64,000 nt of DNA from an uncultured Planctomycetota bacterium (GTDB lineage Bacteria; Planctomycetota; Planctomycetia; Gemmatales; Gemmataceae). The position numbers and the translations under genes are program-made. Shown here piece by piece: positions 20,407-31,423 of this stretch (its first letter is position 1; each line of letters opens with the position of its first letter). The notes beneath the pieces are model-generated. The model ran no database searches. It had not been told where the DNA came from and saw only the letters and a list, made by a program, of their open reading frames with translations. The stretch is taken from NCBI GenBank assembly GCA_963849325.1, contig CAWKHF010000006.1:640001-704000 (forward strand). The letters are read 5' to 3'.

Positions 20407-22080
20407 ATGCCTTCCCTCCTAAAGATCGCCGGCGGCACCGTCTACGACCCCGCCAACGGCATCGACGGCGTCGTGCAGGACATCTGGATTCGCGACGGCA
20501 AGGTCATCGCCCCGCCGACCGAGCCGGACGCACGGCCCGACCGGATCCTCGACGCCACCGGCCTCGTCGTCATGCCCGGCGGCGTGGACATGCACGCGCA
20601 CATCGCCGGGCCGAAGGTCAACCTCGCCCGCAAGATGCGGCCCGAGGACAAGCGCAAGGCGCCAGCTCGTCCGCCGCACGCCGCTGACGCGCTCCGGCAC
20701 CACCGGCAGCGTGCCCAGCACCTTCGCCACCGGCTACCTCTACGCCGGCATGGGCTACACCACCGCCTTCGACGCCGCCATCCCGCCGCTCGGCGCCCGC
20801 CACGCCCACGAGGAGTTTCACGACACGCCCCTCATCGACAAGGGCTTCTTCCTCCTCTTCGGCAACAATCATTACGTCCTCCAGCAGATCGCCGCCAACG
20901 AACCGGAACGTCTGCGCGCCTTCGTCGCCTGGCTGCTCGCCGCCGGCAAGGGCTACGCCGTCAAGCTCGTCAACCCCGGCGGCGTCGAGGTGTGGAAGGA
21001 GCGGCGGCGACAACATCCACGACCTCGACGCCAAGGTCGAGCACTTCGGCGTCACGCCGCGGCAGATCATCACGTCGCTGGCGCAGACGGCGATGGACCT
21101 CGGCCTGCCGCATCCGGTCCACATCCACTGCAACAACCTCGGCCTGCCCGGCAACTGGCGGACGACGCTGGCCACCATGCAGGCGCTGGAGGGCCGCCGC
21201 GCCCACCTGACGCACATCCAGTTCCACAGCTACGGCGGCGAACCCGACGACCAGGGCACGTTCTGCTCGAAAGTGCCGGAGCTGGCCGAGTACGTCAACA
21301 GCCATCCGAACCTGACCGTGGACGTCGGCCAGGTGCTGTTCGGCGAAACGACCTCGATGACCGGCGACGGGCCGCTGGGCTACTACCTGCACAAGGTCAC
21401 CGGCCGCAAGTGGACCAACGCCGACACCGAGATGGAGGCCGGCTGCGGCATCGTGCCGATCACCTACAAGGAAAAGAGCTTCGTCCACGCCCTGCAATGG
21501 GCCATCGGCCTGGAGTGGTATCTGCTCGTCAACGACCCGTGGCGCATCGCCATGAGCACCGACCACCCCAACGGCGGCTCCTTCCTCGCCTATCCCGCAG
21601 ATCGTGCAGCTGCTCATGGACCGCACCTACCGCCAGGAGATGCTCAAGCGCGTCCATCCGCGCGTCCTGCAGCGCTCGACGCTCGAAAGACCTCGACCGC
21701 GAATATTCGCTTTACGAGATCGCCATTATCACTCGCGCCGGCGCCGGCGCGCATGCTCGGGCTGACGCACAAGGGCCATCTCGGCGTCGGCGCCGACGCG
21801 GACGTGACGATCTACACGCCGTCCGCCGACAAGCGAGCGATGTTCGAGTTGCCGCGCTATGTTCTCAAGGCCGGCCAGGTGGTCGTCGAGCAGGGCGAGA
21901 TCCGCGCGGAGATGTACGGCCCGACGCTGCACGTCGCCACCGCAGTATGACGAGGGCGTGCTGCCGGACATCAAGAAATGGTTCGAGGCGTACTACACGA
22001 TCCAGTTCGCCAACTATCCGGTGGATGAACACTACATGGCCCACGGGGCGACCGCCATCCCCGTGAGGCAGGGAGAGTGA
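20407..22080 (+). CDS. fwdA: Formylmethanofuran dehydrogenase/hydrolase subunit A; several frameshifts
   Basis: GGTVYDPANG, PGGVDMHAHIAG, PSTFATGYLYAGMGYTT, KLVNPGG, HIHCNNLG, HIQFHSY, STDHPNG. Confidence 0.93.
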
Positions 22081-22185
22081 CGAGGATGCATCCGGCTGCC
22101 GTCGTGGTCTTGTTGCCCGCGGAGCAGGCCGATAGACTGGGCGAGACCAGGGCGGATGGGGTGATCCCTGCGCGGAGGAGTTGGC

Positions 22186-22811
22186 ATGCCGTTTGGAACG
22201 TACAAGACGCTCGGTGCAGCGCTTCAGGCCCTGCAAATCACGGAAACGCAGAGGGCTTTCATCGAGCCGAAGCAGGTGGCGGTCAGTGACTTTTTTCGCT
22301 CCGAATTGGAGCTGACGCTGCGCGATTTCGACGTGAGCTGCTCGGAAGCGGCCATTTGCGAAAGCTTGCTCTTCCCGCTGTTGCGGGAAGCCCTCAAGCC
22401 CTACGCCGCCGTGCTGGGCTTGTGGAGCCATGTCGCCGCTCTACCGCGGCGAGGAATTGCTCGGCGTGCCCGATTACATCCTCGCCAAGCGTTCGTCGCT
22501 GTCATCGCGCGTCATGGAAACGCCCCATGCCCTGATTATGGAAGCCAAGAAAAACGATTTTGACGCCGGCTGGGGCCAATGTCTGGCGGCCATGCACGCC
22601 GTGCAAGCGCTCAACGGCGAGCCGCAGCGCGTGGTTTATGGCATCGTATCCGATGGTTTCGATTTGGCGCTTCGGCGAGCTGCGCGAGCGGACCTTCGCT
22701 CATCATCCGGGGATTTACCAACTGTTTCGCCTGGACGAATTGCTTGCCGCGCTGAACCACCTGTTCGACCTGTGCCGGCAACAGGTGCTCAGTCCCGCGT
22801 CGGCGGCCTGA
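22186..22811 (+). CDS. Hypothetical PD-(D/E)XK-like protein; frameshifts near 22435 and 22665
   Basis: GVPDYILA...MEAKKNDF..GWGQCLAAM...YGIVSDG. Confidence 0.6.
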
Positions 22812-22848
22812 AGCGCCGACGGGAGGGGTGGGTCGCCTGGAGTGTCGA

Positions 22849-22965
22849 TCATGGAATACCGCGAATGGCTTGCAGGTCGTCCAGGTTCACCGGCTTGACC
22901 AGGTGGACATCAAAGCCCGCTCCTTGCGAACGGCGCAGGTCCTCATCCTGACCGTAGCCGATCAT
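22849..22965 (-). pseudogene. Remnant of a receiver-domain C-terminus
   Basis: Minus-strand translation MIGYGQDEDLRRSQGAGFDVHLVKPVNLDDLQ matches the end of REC domains; the N-terminal half is missing. Confidence 0.7.
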
Positions 22966-23055
22966 TCTCTTGTCATCTTGGCCCCTCCCGGTATGGTATC
23001 GGAACAGTTGGTCTACCGTTTTAGCTCTGGCGTGGCCGGGGGTCGTTGCCTCGTG

Positions 23056-23955
23056 GTGTCGGTCAACAACGTCCCACTGGATGATACCTTCGCGGAAGCC
23101 TTCCCCATGACCGCCGCTCGTCTGCTGGTCACGGCGGCGACGGCGGAGTGGCGGCGCACCGCCGGCCGGACGGCGACCGGCTACGCCGCCTCCGTCATCG
23201 GCTGCGACGCCGAGGCGGGCATCGAGCGCGAGCTGCTCCCGGACGAAACGCCGGACGGCCGACCCGGCGTCAGCTTACTCCTATTTGGCTTCGGACGAGA
23301 CGCCTTGCAGAAGGCCGTCGTCAATCGCGTCGGCCAGTGCATTCTGACCTGTCCGACGACGGCCTGCTACAACGGTCTGCCGGTGGTCAAGGACAAGGCG
23401 CTGCGCATCGGCGGCAACCTGCGCTTCTTCGGCGACACCTTTCAGTTCAGCAAGCAGCTCGACGGCCGGCGCTACTGGCGCCTGCCGGTCATGGACGGCG
23501 AGTTCGTCTGCGAGGATTTCTTCGGCACGATCAAGGGCGTGGCCGGCGGCAACTTCCTGATCCTCGGCGACAGCCAGGAGACCGCGCTCGCCGCGGCCGA
23601 GGCGGCCATCGCCGCCATTAAGCAAGTGTCCGGCGTCATCTGCCCTTTCCCCGGCGGCGTCGTCCGCTCCGGCAGCAAGGTCGGCAGTCGTTACAAGAAA
23701 CTGAAGGCCAGCACCAATGACGCCTACTGTCCGACGCTGCGCGGCCTGGTCCAAAGCGAGCTGTCCGAGGGCGTCGGGGCCGTCTACGAGATCGTCATCG
23801 ACGGCGTGGACCTGGCCAGCGTCGAGGCGGCGACGCGCGCCGGCGTGCGCGCCGCTTGCCGTCCGGGCGTGGTGCGCATCTCGGCCGGCAATTACGGCGG
23901 CAAGCTCGGCCCGTTTCACCTGCACCTACACAAGCTCTTGAAAGAAGAACATTAA
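23056..23955 (+). CDS. ftr: Formylmethanofuran-H4MPT formyltransferase (Ftr/FhcD)
   Basis: DDTFAEAF, TPDGRPG, RVGQCILTCPTT, GVAGGNF, PFPGGVVRSGSK, SAGNYGGKLG; start approximate. Confidence 0.95.
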   Translation: MSVNNVPLDDTFAEAFPMTAARLLVTAATAEWRRTAGRTATGYAASVIGCDAEAGIERELLPDETPDGRPGVSLLLFGFGRDALQKAVVNRVGQCILTCPTTACYNGLPVVKDKALRIGGNLRFFGDTFQFSKQLDGRRYWRLPVMDGEFVCEDFFGTIKGVAGGNFLILGDSQETALAAAEAAIAAIKQVSGVICPFPGGVVRSGSKVGSRYKKLKASTNDAYCPTLRGLVQSELSEGVGAVYEIVIDGVDLASVEAATRAGVRAACRPGVVRISAGNYGGKLGPFHLHLHKLLKEEH

Positions 23956-24046
23956 CCACGGATAACACGGATGATACGGATGAAGACAAAAAGAGAGAAT
24001 GACATGATTTGATTTATCCGTGTTCATCCGTGTTATCCGTGGTTAA
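23952..24046. repeat. Palindromic repeat (ACCACGGAT family), copy 2
   Basis: TTAACCACGGATAACACGGATG...CATCCGTGTTATCCGTGGTTAA; provides the ftr stop codon. Confidence 0.88.
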
Positions 24047-24049
24047 AAA

Positions 24050-24877
24050 ATGGATGGATTGATGCTTCGACTCCGCTATCACGGCACCAGCACGATCCCC
24101 GTCGAGGCCGAGTGCGTCACGCCCGACCATCTCGTCGGCAAATCCGCCGCCGAGGTCGCCGCCCTGCCCGTGCAGCACGGCAATGCGCAACTCCCGCTCG
24201 GCGAGTTCTTCACCGTCGAGGGCGAGGCGAGCGATGGCGAAGTGGTCGTCCAGGGCGATTGCTCGCGCGTGAAGTGGCTGGGCGCCGGCATGACCGCGGG
24301 ACGACTGACGATTCACGGTAACGCCGGCATGCACCTGGGCGCCGAGATGCGGGGCGGCGAGATCCACTTGCACGGCAACGCCGGCGACTGGGTCGGGGCG
24401 GAGATGCGCGGCGGCCGCATTCACGTCCACGGCGACGCCGGCCATCTCGTCGGCGCGGCGTATCGCGGCAGCCGCTTCGGCATGCGCGGCGGCGTCCTCC
24501 TCATCGACGGCAAGGCCGGCAACGAGGTCGGCGCGACCATGCGGCGCGGACTCATCGTTATCGGCGGCGCCTGCGGCGACTTCCCCGGCGTGTCGATGAT
24601 CGCCGGCAGCCTCTTCCTGTTCGGCCCCAGCGGCGTCCGTCCCGGCGCCGGCATGAAGCGCGGCACCCTGGCGTTTTTCGACGCCGCCCCGCCGCTGTTG
24701 CACAGCTTCCGCTACGCCTGCACCTATCGACCCGTGTTCATGGCGTTGTATCTGCGGCAGCTCCAGGCATGGGGGTTCCCCATCGCGGAGCGCTACCTGG
24801 CCGGCAGCTGGCGGCGCTGGTGCGGCGATCTGGTATCGCTGGGCAAAGGCGAGATACTGACCTGGCAGGACCGTTGA
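24050..24877 (+). CDS. fwdC: Formylmethanofuran dehydrogenase subunit C
   Basis: GXGXG beta-helix repeats (GNAGMHLGAEMRGG), MRRG, GKGEIL. Confidence 0.93.
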   Translation: MDGLMLRLRYHGTSTIPVEAECVTPDHLVGKSAAEVAALPVQHGNAQLPLGEFFTVEGEASDGEVVVQGDCSRVKWLGAGMTAGRLTIHGNAGMHLGAEMRGGEIHLHGNAGDWVGAEMRGGRIHVHGDAGHLVGAAYRGSRFGMRGGVLLIDGKAGNEVGATMRRGLIVIGGACGDFPGVSMIAGSLFLFGPSGVRPGAGMKRGTLAFFDAAPPLLHSFRYACTYRPVFMALYLRQLQAWGFPIAERYLAGSWRRWCGDLVSLGKGEILTWQDR

Positions 24878-24952
24878 TCTCGTTCCCACGATCAAGGCGG
24901 CAGACAGGCGGCGGCGTACCGAGGCCAGGTTCCCCAGGCTTCCGGCTACGAC

Positions 24953-27900
24953 CTAACGGACGGACTCCCTCAGTCGTTCGTCCCTGGATGCCCTGACCCT
25001 GCGGCCAATCGCGGGGACCAACAGCGCCAGCACCACGCCGAGGGCGAAACCGGCGAGCGGCGCCTGCGGCAAGCGACCGACGCCGATCTTCGCCAGCAAG
25101 TAACCCAGCAGTCCGCCCGCCAGTCCGCCCAGCACCGCCGAGCCGATCCAGCGCGTCGCCGCCCCCGTCAGCAGTCGCGTCGCGCCGAGCCAGGCGATGA
25201 CGTAGAAGAAGACCGGCGTCAGGAAAATGCCGAACAGCGTCACACCCAACATGCCGCTGAAGACCGCCGTGCCCAGCGAGCGGCGCATCTCGGCGCCGGC
25301 ACCGGTGGCGATCACCAGCGGCAGCACGCCGAGAATGAAGGCGAACGACGTCATCAGGATCGGCCGCAGACGCAGCCGGCACGCCTCGACCGTCGCCTCG
25401 TAGCGCGGCTTGCCCTCGCGGTGCAATTGCTGGGCGAACTCGACGATGAGGATCGAATTCTTGCACGCCAGGCCGACCAGCACCACCAGGCCGATCTGCA
25501 CGAAGATGTCCACGGCCTTGTGCGTGAACAGCACGCCGGCGACAGAGCAGAGCAAGCACAGCGGCACCACCAAAATGACGGCCAGCGGCAGCGCCCAGCT
25601 CTCGTACAGTGCCGCCAGGGCCAAAAAGACGAACACCACGGCCAGGGCGAAGACGTACATCGCCGTGTTGCCCGCCCGAATTTGCATGAACATCAGCTCG
25701 GTCCACTCCGCCTTCATGGAGCGCGGCAAGCTCTGACGGGCCGTCTCATCGACGGAAGCGATGACCGGCCCGGTGCTGACGCCCGGCCGGATGTTGCCGG
25801 TGATCGGGGCGGCGGTGTAGAGGTTGTAGCGCATGACCATGACGGGACCGCTCACGTCGCGCACGTTGACCAGCGTGCCCAGCGGCACCATCTGTCCCCA
25901 CTTGTTGCGGACTTCCAGCAGGTTGATGTCCTCGACGCGGCGGCGGTACGGCCCCTCGGCCTGGATGGTCACCTGCCAGTAACGGCCAAATACGTTGAAG
26001 CTGTTGACGTAGAGCGAGCCGAGGTACATCTGCAACGTCTGGTTGAGACGTTCAGCGATACGCCGAGCGATTCGACCTTGGTGCGGTCGATGTCCAGGTA
26101 CAGCTGCGGCGTATTGGAACGAAACTGCGTCGCCACGCCGAGCAGGTTGCGATCGAGCGCAGACCGGACGGATGCGGATGCGGCGGCAGCTTGCCGATCA
26201 GCTTCTCGGTCTGCTTCTGCAAGTTGGGCAGTCCCAGGCCGCCGCGGTCCTCGACCATGAGTTTGAAGCCGCCAGCGACGCTGAGTCCGGGGATCGGCGG
26301 GGCGCCGAACACCGTGATCCGCGCATCCTTGACCTGGCGGGCCCACTCGCGCCGCAGGCGGGCCATGATCGCCTCGTCGCGGAGATCGGGGCTTCGCCGC
26401 TTCTCGAACGGGTCGAGGATGACGAACAGCGAGCCGAAATTGGAGCTGTTGGCCGACAGTAAAAACGATAGTCCCGAGACGGTGACGGTGTGGGCCACGC
26501 CCTTGCGTCTGCAGACGTAATTCGCTCGACCAGGGCCACTATCTCCTGAGTGCGCTGCAAGCGAGGCCGAGTCGGGCAATTCGACGTTGACGATGAGCCG
26601 GCCCTGGTCCTGCTGGGGAATGAAGCCGGTGGGAGCGCGGTCGAAGACCCAGTACGTCAGCACCAGAAGGCCGACGTAGGCCGCCAGGACGAGGATGCTG
26701 AGGCGAAGCAGACGACCCACCGACCAGGCGTAGGCCGCCGTGCCGGCGCGAAACGCCGCGTTGAACAGTCCGAACAACCAGCCGAGCGTCATGTCCAGCA
26801 GCCAGGTCAACGGATCGCGCCGGCCGCCGCGCGGCTTGAGCAGGATGGCCGCCAGGGCCGGACTCAACGTCAGCGAATTGAACGCCGAGAAGACCGTGGA
26901 AACGGCGATGGTGACGGCGAACTGGCGGAAGAACTGCCCGGTAATGCCGCGGATGAAGGCACACGGCACGAACACGGCGCACAACACCAGAGCGACGGCG
27001 ATGACCGGCCCCGTCACCTCGTCCATCGCCCGCCGCGCCGCCTCGCGCGGCGGCAAGCCGTGCTCCAGCCAGCGCTCGACGTTCTCCACGACAACGATCG
27101 CGTCATCGACGACAATGCCAATGGCAAGGACGAGGCCGAATAGTGAGATGTTGTTGAGGCTGAAGCCCAGCGCCGCCATGACGGCGAAGGTGCCGACGAT
27201 GGCGACGGGCACGGCGAGCAGTGGGATCAGCGATGCCCGCCAGTTCTGCAAGAACAGCAGCACGACGATGGCGACCAGTACCACCGCCTCCAGCAGCGTC
27301 CGTACCACGTCCATGACCGATTCGCGGACGAACGGCGTGATGTCGTAAGCGATGGCGTAGTCCACGCCATCAGGGAAGCGCGTCTTCAATTCCTCCATCT
27401 TCTGCCGCACGCCGTCGGCCACGTCCAGGGCGTTCGTGCCGGGGAGCTGGTAGACGGCCAGGCCCACGGTCGGTTTGCCGTCGAAGGTGCTGGCCTGGTT
27501 GTAATTCTGAGCGCCCATCTCGACGTGGGCCACGTCGCGCAGGCGGACGAGGCTGGCCGACGTCCCCGGCGGGAGGCCGAGCGCCGCCGCCCGCGCCGCC
27601 CTGCATGACGCCGCCCATCGCGCTGCCACTCGACATGCCGTTACCCGTGGACGAACTACTGCCGGTCATCCCACTGGCGGTCGTACCGCCGATCGTGGCG
27701 CCTCCGACGCTGCCGGCGCCGGTCATGCTGTCGCTGGTCGTGCTGCTGTTGATCGTGCTGCCGGTGGTACTGCTGCCGGTAGTGGTACTCCCCGCGTTCA
27801 TGCCTCCGCTGGTCGTGCTGCTTCCCGTCGTGCTGCCGCCGGTCATGGTGCCGCTGCTCATGCCGGCGCCGGTCATGCTGCCGCCGCTACTGGTGGCACC

Positions 27901-28803
27901 GCCCATCATTCCTCCGCCCGTCATGCCGAGACCGGCCAGCGTGCCGGTGAGGCCGCGACTGCTTTGGCTGCTTTGCGGAGGCGACGTTAGCACGACGGGA
28001 GGCGGGGCCACGGAGCCGGACGGGGCGCCGCGGCCGCGCTTGATGATGATGTCGGCGAACTGCTCCGGCTCGCGGAGTCGGCCCAGCGCATCCAGGGGCA
28101 TTTGGAAGTGCTGGCCGCGGCCGGCGGGCGGCTGGCCGACCTGACCGGCGGGCGCCTCGACGTTCTGGCTGCGGATGGCCGCCGCCACCTCCAGCGGTGT
28201 CAGGTCGCACGCCGCCAGCTTTTGCGGGTCCAGCCAGGCGCGGATACTGTAGTCGCGCTCGCCGAGGATGTTGATGTCCGAGACGCCGGAGACCCGAAAC
28301 AACTCGTCGCGGACGTTGATGTAGGCGTAGTTGCTCAGGTAAATGTCGTCGTAGCGATTGTCCGGCGAGAAGAAATTGACGACACACAAGATGTCCGGCG
28401 TCTTCTTTTTGATGGTGATGCCCTGGCTCTGGACCTCGACGGGCAGCTGCGGCATGGCCAGGGTGACACGGTTCTGCACCATGACCAGCGCCGTGTTCAG
28501 GTCGATGTCGAGATCGAAGGTGACGGTCAACGTGTACGAGCCGTCGTTGCCGCACTGCGACGACATGTACAACATGCCGGGCACGCCGTTGACCTGCTGT
28601 TCAATCGGCGCCGCTACCGTGTCGGCCACCACCTGCGAATTGGCTCCGGGGTAGCGGATGGACACCGACACCCCCGGCGGCGTGATGCGCGGATACTGCG
28701 CGACCGGCAGCGAACCCAGCGCGATCACGCCGGTCAGGGTGATGACCACGGACAGTACCGTGGCGAAGATTGGCCGGTCGATGAAGAAGTGCGAAATCAT
28801 CAA
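24953..28803 (-). CDS. RND efflux permease (AcrB/MexF type) with a long low-complexity insertion; several frameshifts
   Basis: SHFFIDRPIFA, LAIGIVVDDAIVVVENVER, KNSILIVEFA, RLRPILMTSFAF. Confidence 0.92.
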
Positions 28804-28809
28804 CGACCC

Positions 28810-30070
28810 TCAGGGTTTATTCTCGCCGGCGGGGGGCGGCAACGGCTTGGGCGGTACCGGCGGCGGCGCCTGGCCGGCGTCGATGGTCGGCATCGGCGTC
28901 TCTTCCGACTCGACTTCCATGCGCGGCCGGACTTGCGGCAGGGCGCCGACGACGACCAAATCGTCGGCGTTGACTCCCTCGACCACGCGCAAACCATCCT
29001 CCTGGAGCGCCCCGGTGGTGACGCGGCGATACTGCACCTTGTGGTCCTTGTCCACGACGTAGACGAACTTCAGCCCCTGGTCGGAGCCAACGGCGCGGTC
29101 GGCGACCAGCAGCGCCGCGTGGGGCTGGCCGATGGGCAGGTGGATACGGACGAACATGCCGGGCATGAGCAGTCGTCGGCCCTTCTCGGGCTTGCCGTTG
29201 TTCGAGCCGGGCAGGTCCGGCAAGGGGTTGGCGAACAAGGCCCGCACCGAGATGGTGCCGGTCTGGGGGTTGACCTGGTTGTTGATGAAATTGAGACTAC
29301 CGCGATGCCGATAGTCGGTCTCTTTCTCCAGGGCCATGAAAACCGTGATTTCCGCCGTGTCCTTCACCGCTCGAATTTTGCCCTCGTTGATGCGCTTGCG
29401 GATTTCCAGTACGGTGCGCTCGTCCATGTCGAAGTAGGCGTAAATCGGGTCCAGGGACACCACGGTTGTCAGTGGCGTTTGGTCCTGGTTGACCAGGTTG
29501 CCGAGCGTGTAGTAGTAACGGCTGACCTGGCCGTCAATGGGCGAGGTGACCTCGCAGAAGCTGCGGTTGAGCTTGTAGACTTCCAGGCTGGCCCGCGAGG
29601 CTTTGAGGGAGGCGTCGGCCTCCAGCTCCTGGGCCTGGTAGGTATCGAGTTCCTGCTGCGAGAAAGCGCCCGGTTCGCGGGCGGAGACGGTCTTGGCCCG
29701 CGCGTTGGTCGCCTTGGCCAGGCGCAGCCTGCGCCACGTTGAGGTTCACCTGCGCTTCGGCCTGATCGACCAGGGCCTGGTACGGACGCGGGTCGATCTG
29801 GAACAGTAGGTCGCCTGCCTTGACCTCGGCCCCCTCGCGGAACGGCATCTTGGTCAGGTAGCCGGTGACGCGCGGACGGATGTCCACCGAGTTGATCGCG
29901 GCCAGGCGGCCGGTGTAGTCCACGAAGTCCGTGACCTCGCGCTGAATGGGATGGCTGACGGGAACGACCAGCAGTTCCGTGGATGGCCCCGGCGCCGGAG
30001 ACTGTCCACAGCCCGCCAGCAGCGCCGACAGACCGACATACGCAAAGATCGAGAAGGGTCGGTGCGTCAT
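28810..30070 (-). CDS. RND periplasmic adaptor (MFP) lipoprotein; frameshift near 29720
   Basis: LLAGC lipobox, IRPRVTGYL, GDLLFQIDPRPY, TGTISVRALFAN, PGMFVRI. Confidence 0.92.
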
Positions 30071-30119
30071 GGGGTTGCTTGGTCCTTGAGTCGAGTTGAG
30101 GGCTTATCCACAAATAACT

Positions 30120-30174
30120 TCGTTTCGCCGCGACGCGAGCGGAGCGCGCTCCGCTGCGCGTCGCGGCGAAACGA
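30120..30174. repeat. REP-like palindrome
   Basis: TCGTTTCGCCGCGACGCG..GCGGAGC/GCTCCGC..CGCGTCGCGGCGAAACGA. Confidence 0.8.
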
Positions 30175-30408
30175 GGAATTTTTGCAGGACGGCCCCTAAG
30201 AAAGAGATTGTACGTGCTCCAGTCTCGGGGACAACCTTCGCCCACAGGCGGCGCGGGGAGTTCCGCTTCCCCGATGCGGACGGCCTATCTATAATCAATC
30301 TCATTGCCTGCCTCGAAGCGTCTCCGACACCCTCCGGCTGGGACGGGTTCGTCGCCCGAGTTCGGCGTTGTCTATCCTCGGTTGGCCTGCCGGAAGCAAA
30401 GGTCATTC

Positions 30409-31401
30409 ATGCCGCTTGACTGGTCTCCGTTTGTCGATCTGGTGCGGCGCCATCGGCGCTTCGTGCTGACCACCCACGTCCGGCCCGATGGCGATGGACT
30501 CGGTTCGATGCTGGCCCTGGCCGACGTGCTCGAAGCGCCGCCGCACAACAAGACGGTGCGTCTGACGGTCGCCAGCGTGCTGCCGCCGCGCTACGACTTC
30601 CTCGATCCGGCGCGGCGCGTTCGCCGCTTCGAGTCGCCCGGCGACGTCTACCGCGACGCCGAGGCGGCGATCGTCCTCGACACCGGCACCTGGAACCAGC
30701 TCGGCGAGTTCGGCACGTTTCTGCGTTCGCTGCCGGCGCAAAAGCTCGTGATCGATCATCACCTGACGCAGGACGACCTGGGGGCCGTGCGTCTGGTGGA
30801 CACGACGGCCGAGGCGACTGGCCGGCTGGTCTTCGAGGCGATCGCGGCGCTGGGGGGTCCGGTGCCGGCGTCGGCGGCGCACGCCCTGTTCGTCGCCCTG
30901 GCCATGGACACCGGCTGGTTTCGCCACAACAACACCACGCCCGCCACCTTCACTCTCGCCTCCGAGTTGGTCCGTGCCGGCGCACGTCCGACCGAAGCCT
31001 ACGAATGCCTGTTCGAGCAGAACACGCTCGGCCGCATGAAGCTGACGGGGTTGGTGTTGTCGCGTTTGCAGGTGACGCACAACGGTCGGGTGGCGCACAC
31101 GGAGATTCGCCGCGACGATTACGCCTCGACCGGCGCGACGCCGCAGGACAGCGAAGACCTGGTCAATTACACGCGCGGCCTGGCGGGCGTGGAGGTCGGC
31201 CTGTTTTTCATGGAGCAGCCGCGCGGCGGCGTCAAAATCAGCTTCCGCTCGCGGCAGCACATCGACGTCGCCCTCCTGGCCGAACGCTTTGGCGGCGGCG
31301 GTCATCGCCTGGCCTCCGGCGCCATCCTCGACACGAGCCTCGATGAGGCTCGCAGGCGCGTCCTGGCCGCGGTTGGCGCGGCCCTCGACGCCACGCTTTG
31401 A
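30409..31401 (+). CDS. DHH/DHHA1 phosphoesterase (NrnA-like)
   Basis: HVRPDGDGLGS, IDHH, DTGWF, SFRS, GGGGH. Confidence 0.92.
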   Translation: MPLDWSPFVDLVRRHRRFVLTTHVRPDGDGLGSMLALADVLEAPPHNKTVRLTVASVLPPRYDFLDPARRVRRFESPGDVYRDAEAAIVLDTGTWNQLGEFGTFLRSLPAQKLVIDHHLTQDDLGAVRLVDTTAEATGRLVFEAIAALGGPVPASAAHALFVALAMDTGWFRHNNTTPATFTLASELVRAGARPTEAYECLFEQNTLGRMKLTGLVLSRLQVTHNGRVAHTEIRRDDYASTGATPQDSEDLVNYTRGLAGVEVGLFFMEQPRGGVKISFRSRQHIDVALLAERFGGGGHRLASGAILDTSLDEARRRVLAAVGAALDATL

Positions 31402-31423
31402 CCCACCGCGGGAACCCCACCTC

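Noticed and set aside
27605-28144. Pro/Val/Leu-rich ORF on the plus strand
   Set aside because: It is the antisense reading of the Gly/Ser/Thr repeat inside the RND gene.
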